This document shows positions 28,370 to 37,754 of a DNA stretch of 64,000 bases, one piece after another. Location: positions 2,042,283 through 2,106,282 of the forward strand of contig CAXVYR010000004.1 in the NCBI GenBank assembly GCA_963666975.2. Reading direction: 5' to 3'. The position numbers were made by a program, and so were the translations under genes. The notes beneath the pieces were generated by a model that saw nothing but the letters and a program-made list of their open reading frames with translations, searched no databases and was not told where the DNA came from. The DNA is from Terriglobia bacterium (GTDB lineage Bacteria > Acidobacteriota > Terriglobia > 2-12-FULL-54-10). Position 1 is the first letter of the stretch; every line of letters starts with the position of its first letter.

Positions 28370-29296
28370 ATGGCTGCACCGGCACAACGGTTCCTGGACC
28401 CTAAAGTCTTAGCAAGGATTTCGGACCTGCAATTGATCGCCAAGACCGTGGTGGCGGGATTCCTTACGGGCCTGCACCGCTCTCCTTATCACGGCGTCAG
28501 CATCGATTTCGCCGAGTACCGCCCTTACACCCACGGGGACGACCCGCGGGCGGTGGACTGGAACGTCTATGCGCGGACCGACCGCTACTACATCAAGAAG
28601 TATCACGGGGAGACGAACACGGAGATTCATATCGTGCTCGATTCCAGCGCGTCCATGGGTTACAAATCAGGGGGATACAAATCGGGGGACAGCAAATCCG
28701 GCAACCTGACTAAATTCGAGTACGGCTGCTACCTGGCCGCCTCCCTGGCGTTTTTCGCCTCGCACCAGCGTGACGCGGTAGGACTGCTGCTTTTCGACAC
28801 CCAGATCAGGCAGAGCATCCCGGCCCGCGCCCGTCCCGGACAACTGGCGTGGATTCTCCATGAGCTCGACCGCGCGCGGCCCGCGAAGGGCACGGAGTTC
28901 TCCGGGCCTCTCCAAGAGGTCGCTCGCTTTATCCGGAAGCGCGGCGTGGTGGTCCTGATCTCGGATTTCATGGAGAGCCCGGAGCAGGTGCTCCGCGCCG
29001 TGCGGGAACTGCAATTTGAAGGAAACGACATCATCCTCTTCCATGTTCTGGACCCTGGGGAACTGGAATTCGAGCTGGACACGGCGGTCCTGCTGGAGGA
29101 TATGGAGACCTCCGAGAAGCTGGAGGTGATTCCGGAGTACGTGGCCGAGCAATACCGGAAGCTGCTCCAGGAACACATTCGGGAACTTCGCCATGCTTGC
29201 CGCTCCGCCCGGATCGATTACGAGTTGATGAACACGGGCCGTCCTCTGGACCACGCCTTGTTCAGCTACCTCTCGATGAGACAGAGAAGGATGTGA
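28370..29296 (+). CDS. DUF58 domain-containing protein (vWA-like)
   Basis: GVSIDFAEYRPYTHGDDPRAVDWNVYARTDRYYIKKY and IVLDSSASM. Confidence 0.85.
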   Translation: MAAPAQRFLDPKVLARISDLQLIAKTVVAGFLTGLHRSPYHGVSIDFAEYRPYTHGDDPRAVDWNVYARTDRYYIKKYHGETNTEIHIVLDSSASMGYKSGGYKSGDSKSGNLTKFEYGCYLAASLAFFASHQRDAVGLLLFDTQIRQSIPARARPGQLAWILHELDRARPAKGTEFSGPLQEVARFIRKRGVVVLISDFMESPEQVLRAVRELQFEGNDIILFHVLDPGELEFELDTAVLLEDMETSEKLEVIPEYVAEQYRKLLQEHIRELRHACRSARIDYELMNTGRPLDHALFSYLSMRQRRM

Positions 29297-29299
29297 ATC

Positions 29300-31399
29300 G
29301 TGGGACTTCTTTCACCCTGGTTTTTGCTGGGCGCGCTGGCAGTGGGTGTTCCAATCTGGCTGCACCTGATTCGCCATGAGCAGGCGATTCGAATCCCGTT
29401 CAGTTCGCTGATGTTTTTCCGCCGCATCCCCAGGAAATCCGTCTCCCGGCAGCGGCTGAAATACCTACTGCTTCTGGCCACGCGCATCCTGGTTATTTTG
29501 CTGATTGTTTTGGCTTTCGCGCACCCTTATTTCCCGGGAGCCGCCCGGTTTCTCGCCGGGGGGGCGGACGGAAAGTATGTTGTTGTTTTGCTGGATACCT
29601 CGCTGAGCATGCAGCATGGGGACCGCTGGCAACGGGCGCTTGCTGCCGCCCGGGATGCGGTCGCGGGGCTCGCCGAGCAGGACCAGGCGCAGATCGTCAC
29701 CTTTTCTTCCGGTTCCAACATTTTGAACTTACCCTCTTCCGACAAGGCGGCTTTGCGGGCGGTTTTGGACGGCGTCGAGTCTCCCACCGCATCCACAACT
29801 TCTTACGCTCAAGCCTTCCGGGCCGTTGACAGAATCGCCGAAGACGCCGGACGCCCCGTATCGGTGGTTCTCATCTCCGACCTGCAAAAATCCGGCGTGG
29901 AACAGCAACAACACCGCTTGCAGGCTCCTTTGGCGGAGGCGCCGAAACTGGTGGACGTGGGCGGCGGGACGTCTCCCAACTGGACCGTGGAGGGTATCCG
30001 CAGCCGCAGAGTGATTTATCAGGGCAACTATCCGGACCGGCTCCTGGTCCAAATTCGCGGATTCGATTCGCCCGCGGCATCCAAAGAAGTGGCCTTGTCG
30101 GTGAGCGGGAAATTGATACAAAGCAAAACGGTTCCCATCCCTGCTTCCGGCATCGCCACCGTGGCCTTCGAGGGGTTCGACGTCCCCACCGGGAACAACA
30201 AAGGAGAAATCCGTATCACCCCTTCCGACGATCTGGCCGTGGACGACGCCTTTCACTTTACTCTGGAGCGCCGCAATCCCAACCGCATCTTATTTATTCA
30301 AGACGGCAGGGAAAACCGTGAGTTATACTACTTTCGGACGGCTCTGGCAGCGGAACCGGATTCTCCTTTTCGGATTGAGGCGCGGACTCCTGCGCAGGCA
30401 GCATCGCAAGACTTAGGAAACTATGCGATGGTAGTGCTTAGCAATGTCGCAAATCTTCCCGGCTCTCTGGCGTCGGATCTGGCCAGCTTCGTCCAAGCCG
30501 GCGGGGGCGCGTTTTTTACGATGGGCACCCGTTTCCCGGCTCCGTCGCTTGAAAACCAGTTGAGCGAACTTTGGCCGGGAAAAAGCATTGCGAAGCAAGT
30601 GATGACGCGGGACGGCGAGAGGCTGATTCTGGTGGGAGAATTTGACGAGCAACATCCGTTGTTCCGGGAATTTCAGCAGGCGGGGGCGGAATCTTTGCGG
30701 GCGGCTGAAATATACGCTTACGTCCGCGTTCAGCCTCAGGGCGAGGTGCTGCTGCGGTTTGCCAACGGCGACCCGGCGCTTCTCGAAAAACAGTACGGAA
30801 GAGGGCGTGTCTTGCTGTTCACCTCTTCTTTTGACAATGTGTGGAGCGACTTCCCGCTGCACCCGGCCTTCATTCCGTTGGTTCATCAGTTGGCCCGTTA
30901 CACGACCCAACTGCCGGATGAACCGCCTGCCCATTCGATTCCGACGACCGTCTCGCTCAACGACTACGCTACGGGACGGCAAGAGACGACCCGGGCGGGG
31001 ACATGGAATGTGATCGGTCCGGATGGAAAACGAGAGGTGCCCTTGGCGGAGGAGTTGCGGCCCGACTTCCTTGTTTTGCGGCAGCCTGGATTCTATGAAG
31101 TCCGCCGGGAGGAAAGTTCGCATTTGATCGCCGCCAATACAGACCCGAGGGAGTCGGACCTGACCCCTCTCGCCCCGGAAGACCGGGCGTTCTGGACAGC
31201 CAGTTACCAAGAGGGACAGGAGGCCACCGGCGCTTCCGCCGGCCCGGAGCTTGCCCAGCGGCAAAAGGTTTGGTGGTATGTGCTGCTGCTGGCTCTTCTG
31301 GTAGCGGTGGCGGAAGCCTGTCTGGCAAATCAATATCTGGGTGCGCAGAGGACGGCCCTATCTCCGGGAAAAACCCAGGGGGAGTCTTATGCCGGCTAA
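29300..31399 (+). CDS. BatA N-terminal domain / vWA / amidotransferase-like membrane protein
   Basis: GLLSPWFLLGALAVGVPIWLHLI (aerotolerance regulator N-terminal type). VVVLLDTSLSM. MVVLSNVANLP...GGGAFFTMG. C-terminal TM helix. GTG start. Confidence 0.75.
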   Translation: MGLLSPWFLLGALAVGVPIWLHLIRHEQAIRIPFSSLMFFRRIPRKSVSRQRLKYLLLLATRILVILLIVLAFAHPYFPGAARFLAGGADGKYVVVLLDTSLSMQHGDRWQRALAAARDAVAGLAEQDQAQIVTFSSGSNILNLPSSDKAALRAVLDGVESPTASTTSYAQAFRAVDRIAEDAGRPVSVVLISDLQKSGVEQQQHRLQAPLAEAPKLVDVGGGTSPNWTVEGIRSRRVIYQGNYPDRLLVQIRGFDSPAASKEVALSVSGKLIQSKTVPIPASGIATVAFEGFDVPTGNNKGEIRITPSDDLAVDDAFHFTLERRNPNRILFIQDGRENRELYYFRTALAAEPDSPFRIEARTPAQAASQDLGNYAMVVLSNVANLPGSLASDLASFVQAGGGAFFTMGTRFPAPSLENQLSELWPGKSIAKQVMTRDGERLILVGEFDEQHPLFREFQQAGAESLRAAEIYAYVRVQPQGEVLLRFANGDPALLEKQYGRGRVLLFTSSFDNVWSDFPLHPAFIPLVHQLARYTTQLPDEPPAHSIPTTVSLNDYATGRQETTRAGTWNVIGPDGKREVPLAEELRPDFLVLRQPGFYEVRREESSHLIAANTDPRESDLTPLAPEDRAFWTASYQEGQEATGASAGPELAQRQKVWWYVLLLALLVAVAEACLANQYLGAQRTALSPGKTQGESYAG

Positions 31400-34300
31400 A
31401 GAATATCTCCGAAACTACCTGCGCACGGTGCGCCGCCGTTTGCGGCTGGAGGCGGCTGCCCGCGGGCTGGCTGTCTGCGGCCTGGCGGCTTTACTGCTGA
31501 CGGTGGCGACGGTATGGCTGAGTGACGCCTGGAGGTTCTCAGACGCCATCATCACTTTTTCGAGGATCGTTCTGTTGCTGGGCACCGGCCTGGCGCTGGC
31601 GGTGTTCCTGGTGCGTCCGTTGCTGCGCCGTCTCAATGACGCCCGCATTGCGCGCTTCGTCGAGGAGAAGCAGCCACGGTTCCAGGACCGCCTCGTCACG
31701 GCTGTGGACATGGAAGACAAGCTGCCACAAGAGAACAGCTCCCGCCTCTTCCGGGAATTGGTGGCGGAAGACGCTCTGGCGGAGACCGCCACGGCGCCCC
31801 CGGCCGGGCTGGTTCAAACCAGCCGGATTCTGCGGCCTTTGTTCTTTGCGGCAACTTCTGTCGCAGTTCTGCTTCTGCTCTCTTTCTTTGGGCCTGGCTT
31901 TTTCCGCTACGGCGCGAATATTCTGTGGATGGGATGGGCTCAAGATAACGTGCAGGCTCTCTACGAATGGGAGATATTGCCCGGCGACCTGGTGGTGGGA
32001 CGAAACTCGGATCAAGAAGTGGCCGCCTTTCCCGTCGGCTTCCATCCCGGGACGGCGCGCTTTTTCGCCCTCTATGAGAGCGATGCCGACTGGGACTCCG
32101 CTGCGATGCTCCCGGAGGAACAAGGCGGAGGCTTCCAGTTCCTTCTGATGAATATTCGGGAGCCCGTCCAATACTACGTGGAAGCCGACGGGGTTCGCTC
32201 GCCACAATTCACGATCTCCGTTACGGACGTGCCCCGCGTGGAACGCATGGAGATCACCTACCACTACCCGGCCTATACGGGCATGCGGGACACGGTGGAA
32301 ACCGAGGGGGGCGACATCATCGCATTGCGCGGCACTACCGTCACCCTGGTTGCCTACACGGACGTGCCGGCCACGGGCGGTCAGATGGTCTTTGATGACG
32401 GGACCAGCATGGACCTGAAACCTTTGGGAGAGCGTGAACTGGAGGCAACGCTGGAAATTTCCCGCGACTCGTTTTATCACATCCGTCTGCGGGACCATCT
32501 GGGCAAGCAAGCGCGCGCCACCCATGAGTACCTGATTCAGGCGCTCGCGGATTCTCCGCCCACCCTGCGGCTCAGCCGCCCCGGACGCGACATGCAGCCG
32601 AATCCGATTGAGGAGGTCGTCACGGAATTTGAAGCGGAAGATGACGTCCGGCTGGCCGCGATGGAACTGCACTATTTCGTCAACGGCGGCCCGGAACAAA
32701 CCGCGGTTCTCAGCCAGGGAGGCCGGAACCGGCAAGTTTCAGCGGACCACACCTTGTTCCTGGAGAACTTCCAATTGATCCCCGGCGATTTAGTTTCTTT
32801 CTATGGCGTCGCCAAGGATGCAGCGGCCAACCTCACCCAGACGGAGATGTTCTTCCTGCAAGTGCGTCCCTTCGAAAAATCCTACCGGCAGTCTCAGGCA
32901 GGCGGAGGCGGCGGCGGGGGAGGCGGCGAGATGGACAACACGTTCCTCTCCGAGCGGCAGAAGGAAGTGATCTCGGCCACATGGAACGTGATCCGGAAGA
33001 AAGATCAGCAGCGGGCGGATGCCACTGCGGAAGAAGCGGAGATGTTGTCTTCCGTCCAGCGCACCCTGAAGGAACAGGCGGAGACTTTGGCCTCCCGGGT
33101 GAGCCGGCGGCAGCTCGGCGGCGTCAATGAGGAGTTCGGCAAGCTGGTCGAGAATTTGAAAAAAGCGGCGGAGTCGATGGCGCCCGCTGCCGACTTTTTG
33201 GAGAAACAGGAATTCCGTGAGGCTCTTTCTCCGGAACAAACGGCTCTCCAGCATTTAATGCGGGCTGAAGCGCTGTATCGCGAGATTCAGGTGGCTTTTG
33301 GAAGCCAGGGCGGAGGCCGTGGAGGCGCCGGAAACTCCGGGCGGGACTTGGCCGACTTGTTCGATTTGGAGCTGGACACCGACAAAAACCAATATGAAAT
33401 GCTGCAAGAGCGCGGGCGCAGCCAAAACAACGCGGAACTGGATGACGTGATGCGCAAGCTGAAGGAACTGGCCCGCCGCCAGGAGGAACTGGCCCGGCGC
33501 GAACCGGAGAAGCCCAAGGATTCCATGCGCGCTGCCAAACGTTGGGAACAGGAGATGCTGCGGCGGGAAGCCGAAGACCTGGCGCGCCGCCTGGAGCAGT
33601 TATCCCGGGAGTCCAACTCTTCCCAGATGGCTCAGGCCAGCAAAGCGCTCTCGCAGGCTGCGCGAGACATGCAGCAGGCGGGAAGCCAGCAAGGCTCCGA
33701 CAACCGCTCGGAAACGGCTCGCGCCCTGGAGCGGATTCGCGAGGCGAACGATCTGCTTTCCGGCCAGCAACGGCAGTGGGACGAGCAATTGATGCAGCGT
33801 TTGGCAGATAACACCGATCAGGTGGTCCGCCAGCAAGCAAAGATCACCGAGGATATCGACGGCGCTGCCGGGCGGCTGGGCAACGAAGAGCGCGTGGAGG
33901 CCGGGCTGGAAACGCTGCGCGAGGTGATGAAGGACAAGGCCGAACTGCTGGAGTCGCTCGGGAATCTCGAACGGCAAATCAACGAAGCAGCCCAGCGCAT
34001 GGCTGCCAGCCAGCGGAAGGCCGCCCAAAAACTGCGTGGCGCCTCCTCCATGATTCAGGAGGAGCGCATGGGAGACAAACTCCGCCAGGGCGCCTGGCTG
34101 GCAAGGCGGGGGATGTGGCCGATGGCGGCCACGCGGGAAAAAGAGTTGCAGGCCAACACGGAGCAGTTGCGGGACCGCGTGAGAGATGCCCAGAATTCTC
34201 TGGAACAGCCGGGATCGGACGAGAATCTAAAACAGGCTCTGCGGGCTGCCGAACAACTGCGGCAGGAGCTGGAATCCCTGGAGCGGCAGCAAAGGCGCTC

Positions 34301-34889
34301 GCCCGGCAACTCCGAAAACCGTGAAGGACAACAGGGCAGGCAAGGTTCAGAAGGACAAGGTTCGGAAGACCAAGGTTCGCAGGCAAGGGGAGGCCAGCAA
34401 GCCGGAGAAGGTTCCATGGGCCGGGCCGGCGGAAGCCCCTTGGGAGGCCGGAGAGACAGCCGGTCTCGAGCCGCTGGAGGAGCAGCAGGACGCTACCGCG
34501 GGGACGAAGCTTGGAACCGAGGAGACTACCGGCCGTTGCCCCCGCAGGAACAAAGGCAAATCGACCGGCAGTACCGGGAACTGACCCAAGAAGCCTCCGA
34601 GTTGCGGCAGTTGTTCTCCGAAGACCCGGAGTTCGACAACATAGTCCGGGACTTGATCAGCTCCATGCAGAATCTGGACAGGGGAAGATTCCCCGGCAAT
34701 CCCGGGGAGCTGGAGCGCCTGCGGGCGGGCCTCATCGACCGTTGGAAGGAATTGGAGTTGCGCCTCAGCCGCCAGCTCCAGATGGATCAATCCGGCGCGG
34801 TGCGGCTGAGCGGCCTGGAGCGGATTCCGGAAAGATACCGTTCCATCCTGGAGGAATACTACCGTTCCATCTCCCGTGGCGAACGCTAG
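31389..34889 (+). CDS. Large (1166 aa) membrane-anchored coiled-coil protein, DUF4175-like (tentative)
   Basis: ATG at 31389 overlaps the upstream stop. Two N-terminal TM helices, a beta-rich middle, a Gly8 run and a long E/R/Q-rich coiled-coil C-terminal half. Confidence 0.6.
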   Translation: MPAKEYLRNYLRTVRRRLRLEAAARGLAVCGLAALLLTVATVWLSDAWRFSDAIITFSRIVLLLGTGLALAVFLVRPLLRRLNDARIARFVEEKQPRFQDRLVTAVDMEDKLPQENSSRLFRELVAEDALAETATAPPAGLVQTSRILRPLFFAATSVAVLLLLSFFGPGFFRYGANILWMGWAQDNVQALYEWEILPGDLVVGRNSDQEVAAFPVGFHPGTARFFALYESDADWDSAAMLPEEQGGGFQFLLMNIREPVQYYVEADGVRSPQFTISVTDVPRVERMEITYHYPAYTGMRDTVETEGGDIIALRGTTVTLVAYTDVPATGGQMVFDDGTSMDLKPLGERELEATLEISRDSFYHIRLRDHLGKQARATHEYLIQALADSPPTLRLSRPGRDMQPNPIEEVVTEFEAEDDVRLAAMELHYFVNGGPEQTAVLSQGGRNRQVSADHTLFLENFQLIPGDLVSFYGVAKDAAANLTQTEMFFLQVRPFEKSYRQSQAGGGGGGGGGEMDNTFLSERQKEVISATWNVIRKKDQQRADATAEEAEMLSSVQRTLKEQAETLASRVSRRQLGGVNEEFGKLVENLKKAAESMAPAADFLEKQEFREALSPEQTALQHLMRAEALYREIQVAFGSQGGGRGGAGNSGRDLADLFDLELDTDKNQYEMLQERGRSQNNAELDDVMRKLKELARRQEELARREPEKPKDSMRAAKRWEQEMLRREAEDLARRLEQLSRESNSSQMAQASKALSQAARDMQQAGSQQGSDNRSETARALERIREANDLLSGQQRQWDEQLMQRLADNTDQVVRQQAKITEDIDGAAGRLGNEERVEAGLETLREVMKDKAELLESLGNLERQINEAAQRMAASQRKAAQKLRGASSMIQEERMGDKLRQGAWLARRGMWPMAATREKELQANTEQLRDRVRDAQNSLEQPGSDENLKQALRAAEQLRQELESLERQQRRSPGNSENREGQQGRQGSEGQGSEDQGSQARGGQQAGEGSMGRAGGSPLGGRRDSRSRAAGGAAGRYRGDEAWNRGDYRPLPPQEQRQIDRQYRELTQEASELRQLFSEDPEFDNIVRDLISSMQNLDRGRFPGNPGELERLRAGLIDRWKELELRLSRQLQMDQSGAVRLSGLERIPERYRSILEEYYRSISRGER

Positions 34890-34994
34890 CCTTCCTGCGT
34901 TATACTCTTGCTTTCGCTGGCCCGGTTCGCGAAGGGTTTCGTTTGACTTCGTCTAAGAGTCCGGAACGGAAAATCCCAACAAGCGGTTCTTTAC

Positions 34995-35372
34995 GTGGAA
35001 AAAAAACAACCTGAACAGCCGAACCAGACAGACACAAACACAAACATCGAAAGGCGCAGGCAAAAGCGTGTTCCTTTAGATATACTTTTGCACTGCCAAT
35101 CGGCCCAGACGCTGATTGAAGGCAAGACGGAAAATATCAGCATCAGCGGCATCCTGGTCCGGACGGAGAAGACGCTCCCAGAGGGTGAGGAGATTGATCT
35201 TTTCTTCACCGTGCCCGGCATGACGCAAGGGATCCAGGCACAGGGGCGAGTGGCGCATGTAGTGCCCGGCGCGTTCATGGGCGTGCAATTCGTGAATCTT
35301 TCACCGGAATCCACCCAGCAGATCGAGCAGTACGTAGCCGCGCAATCGGACCCGGAAGCGGGCCAGGCCTAA
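34995..35372 (+). CDS. PilZ domain protein (c-di-GMP receptor type)
   Basis: RRRQKR (RxxxR) and NISISG (D/N-x-S-x-x-G); 125 aa. Confidence 0.75.
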   Translation: MEKKQPEQPNQTDTNTNIERRRQKRVPLDILLHCQSAQTLIEGKTENISISGILVRTEKTLPEGEEIDLFFTVPGMTQGIQAQGRVAHVVPGAFMGVQFVNLSPESTQQIEQYVAAQSDPEAGQA

Positions 35373-35470
35373 TTCAAAAAAGCTGAACCATGCTTCCGGA
35401 ACCTTTACCGCTATGCGATGCCGGCCATGAAAGTCCCTCCTGGAGACTATCCTCCCCCGGTTGAGATAAC

Positions 35471-36020
35471 TCATTCCAGCAGCCCGAGAACCCGCCAATA
35501 CCAAACAGAAAGCGTGAGCGTGCACAGGGCCGTCGGAAAGCGGGCGGGCGCCATGCGAACCCGGTGCGCGCCTTGATGGGCCAGGTTGCCCGTCATCCCT
35601 TCGAGCATCGCAATCCAAATGTTCTGGCAGGTCATCCAGAAGGGGTGTCCGAGGAACAGCAAGGGAGTAATCAGCACAATCGGAGAGTCGCGCAGAAGAG
35701 ATGAGACGGGGAGAAATAAAATAGTCATGCTGAAAAAACCGGCTGGGTCGGTGAACTTCAGAGCGAACATGGCCAAAGCCATGACCACCGCCAAAACCAG
35801 GGCATTGCCGGAGACGTTTTGGATTACCGGAACAATGTATCCCGCCAGCCAGTCGGTAACCTGATGCTCCTCCCAGGAACAGCATCAGCGGCCACGGCAC
35901 GGCGGTTTCGAAATCCTTCTCTTGCAGAATTCCGAAGGCCGCAAACGCCGCCAGCGCCGGCAGGCCGATTCCGAGCCGCGACCGTGAGGGAGCGGACAAA
36001 TGGTGTTTTTCAACAACCTG
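35471..36020 (-). pseudogene. C-terminal remnant of a permease (DASS/SLC13-like?), frameshifted and 5'-truncated
   Basis: ILQEKDFETAVPWPLMLFLGG is in one frame. EEHQVTDWLAGYIVPVIQNVSGNALVLAVVMALAMF... is in another. The shift is at ~35870. There is no upstream continuation beyond a stop at 36021-36023. Confidence 0.4.
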
Positions 36021-36605
36021 TTAGAGAGCTTCTTTTCACACCGCCTCCTTGCCCCGGTAAAACAAGCTTGGCTTCGCGGCTAGAAGGTCTGCAAGAAGGG
36101 AAACTGGAGAACTTTCCGGCGTTTCTGCATAAGAAACCACCCTCTCTCCACCTCACACGGATATGAGCACACCAGATGCCACATGCGTCCCCCTGGCTGC
36201 CTAGCTAAGCTGTTGGCCAGTTTGAAAACCTTCGCAAACTTAGCAATGGGCTCCATCATCAAGGTAGCTGCTTATGGGTAGGAATCCACAACGAGTGAGT
36301 GATTTTTTCCAAGCCTGGAAGGACATAGTGCTCTGGGCCCGCCGGGAACGCGGACTTCGCCGTCTGCTCTATTTGCTGCTCACCCTGGGAGCAACCACAT
36401 TTCCGAGCGCGCGGTGGAGTTTGACCGCAAGGCGGTCCGCCGGATCACTCTGCTGGGGATTCCCTCGGCCTTTCTGCTGCACGGCTACGTGGGGTTTCTC
36501 TTTGGCTCTGTGAAGGCCAATCCCTGGTTGACCTGCCCCCCATAAATTGGTCCAGTTGACAAGTTAGAGTTTAGGGTACGGACTGGACTGAGGAAGGGGG
36601 AGAGG

Positions 36606-36884
36606 ATGCCGAAGAAGCGATATACAGCCGAACAGATCATCCGACATCTACGAGAGGCGGAAGTGGAACTGGCTAAGGGCCAGACAACCGGAGAGGTCTG
36701 TCGGAAGTTGGGAATCACGGAACAGACATATTATCGATGGCGGAAGGAGTACGGGAGCTTACGGGTTGATCAGGTGAGGCGTCTGAAGGAACTGGAACGG
36801 GAGAATGGCCGACTGAAGAAGTTGGTAGCGGATCAGGCGTTGGACCTTGCGATACTGAAGGAGGCATCCTCGGGAAACTTCTGA
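36606..36884 (+). CDS. IS3-family transposase OrfA (HTH)
   Basis: MPKKRYTAEQIIRHLREAEVELAKGQTTGEVCRKLGITEQTYYRWRKEYG...LKKLVADQALDLAILKE. Slippery G-GGA-AAC at 36872-36878. Confidence 0.9.
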   Translation: MPKKRYTAEQIIRHLREAEVELAKGQTTGEVCRKLGITEQTYYRWRKEYGSLRVDQVRRLKELERENGRLKKLVADQALDLAILKEASSGNF

Positions 36885-36914
36885 GCCCGCGCCGACGGAG
36901 GCAGGCAGTGGAGC

Positions 36915-37754
36915 ATGTCTGCCAGACCTTGGGAGCGGCGGGCGTGTCGAGTGCTGAAGCAGTATCGATCCACACAGCGGCGTCGAAGCTGGGCACCACA
37001 GGATGAACCGAGACTGGTAACCCGGACGCTGCAGCTAGCCGGCGAGTACGGCCGTTACGGCTACCGGCGGATCACGGCGTTGTTGAGACGGGAGGGGTGG
37101 CAAGTGAACCATAAGCGTGTGGAGAGAATCTGGCGGCAGGAGGGGCTGAAAGTGCCGAAGAAACAACCCCGAAGAGGCCGACTGTGGTTGAACGATGGGT
37201 CGTGCCTTCGGTTACGACCGTGTTGGCCGGATCATGTCTGGGCATACGATTTTGTGGCAGATCGAACCCGGGACGGTCGTCCACTGAAGATGTTGACGGT
37301 GGTGGATGAGTACACGCGAGAGTGTTTGGCGATCGACGTAGAACGGCGAGCCGATTCGATGAGTGTTTTGGAACGGCTGGCAGCCTTGTTTGTGGAGCGG
37401 GGAGTTACCGATTACCTTCGCTCGGATAATGGGTCCGAGTTCACAGCACGGTTGGTGCGGAACTGGCTGGAGCGGGTAGGGGTGAAAACCCTCTTCATCG
37501 CGCCTGGGAGCCCATGGGAAAACGGGTATGTAGAATCGTTTAACGGAAAATTACGAGACGAGTTTCTGAATAGAGTGATCTTCTACACTTTGCGGGAAGC
37601 AAAGGTGTTGATTGAGGGATGGCGGCGGGAGTATAACAAGGTTCGCCCGCACAGCGCGTTGGGCTACCGACCGCCAGCCCCGGAAGTGATCCTGCCGTTA
37701 CTGCCGGGTTCCGCTCCGCTCCACCCGGCTGCAACGGCGTATGGTCTAACATAG
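36915..37754 (+). CDS. IS3-family transposase OrfB (DDE/rve catalytic domain)
   Basis: WAYDFV...LRSDNGSEFTA...SPWENGYVESFNGKLRDE...YNKVRPHSALGYRPP. It is in the SAME frame as orfA, which is non-canonical. Confidence 0.85.
   Translation: MSARPWERRACRVLKQYRSTQRRRSWAPQDEPRLVTRTLQLAGEYGRYGYRRITALLRREGWQVNHKRVERIWRQEGLKVPKKQPRRGRLWLNDGSCLRLRPCWPDHVWAYDFVADRTRDGRPLKMLTVVDEYTRECLAIDVERRADSMSVLERLAALFVERGVTDYLRSDNGSEFTARLVRNWLERVGVKTLFIAPGSPWENGYVESFNGKLRDEFLNRVIFYTLREAKVLIEGWRREYNKVRPHSALGYRPPAPEVILPLLPGSAPLHPAATAYGLT

Noticed and set aside
32899-32930. The Gly8-encoding GGC/GGA/GGG tract as a phase-variation (slippage) site.
   Set aside because: The codons are mixed rather than forming a perfect mono- or trinucleotide repeat. 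The reading frame is intact on both sides.
35301-35999. The listed 232-aa minus-strand ORF read as a single intact gene.
   Set aside because: Only its first ~45 residues look like membrane protein. The rest is Arg/Gly/Pro-rich out-of-frame read-through. The plausible continuation is in the frame of ORF 35471..35794, so it is treated as a frameshifted remnant.
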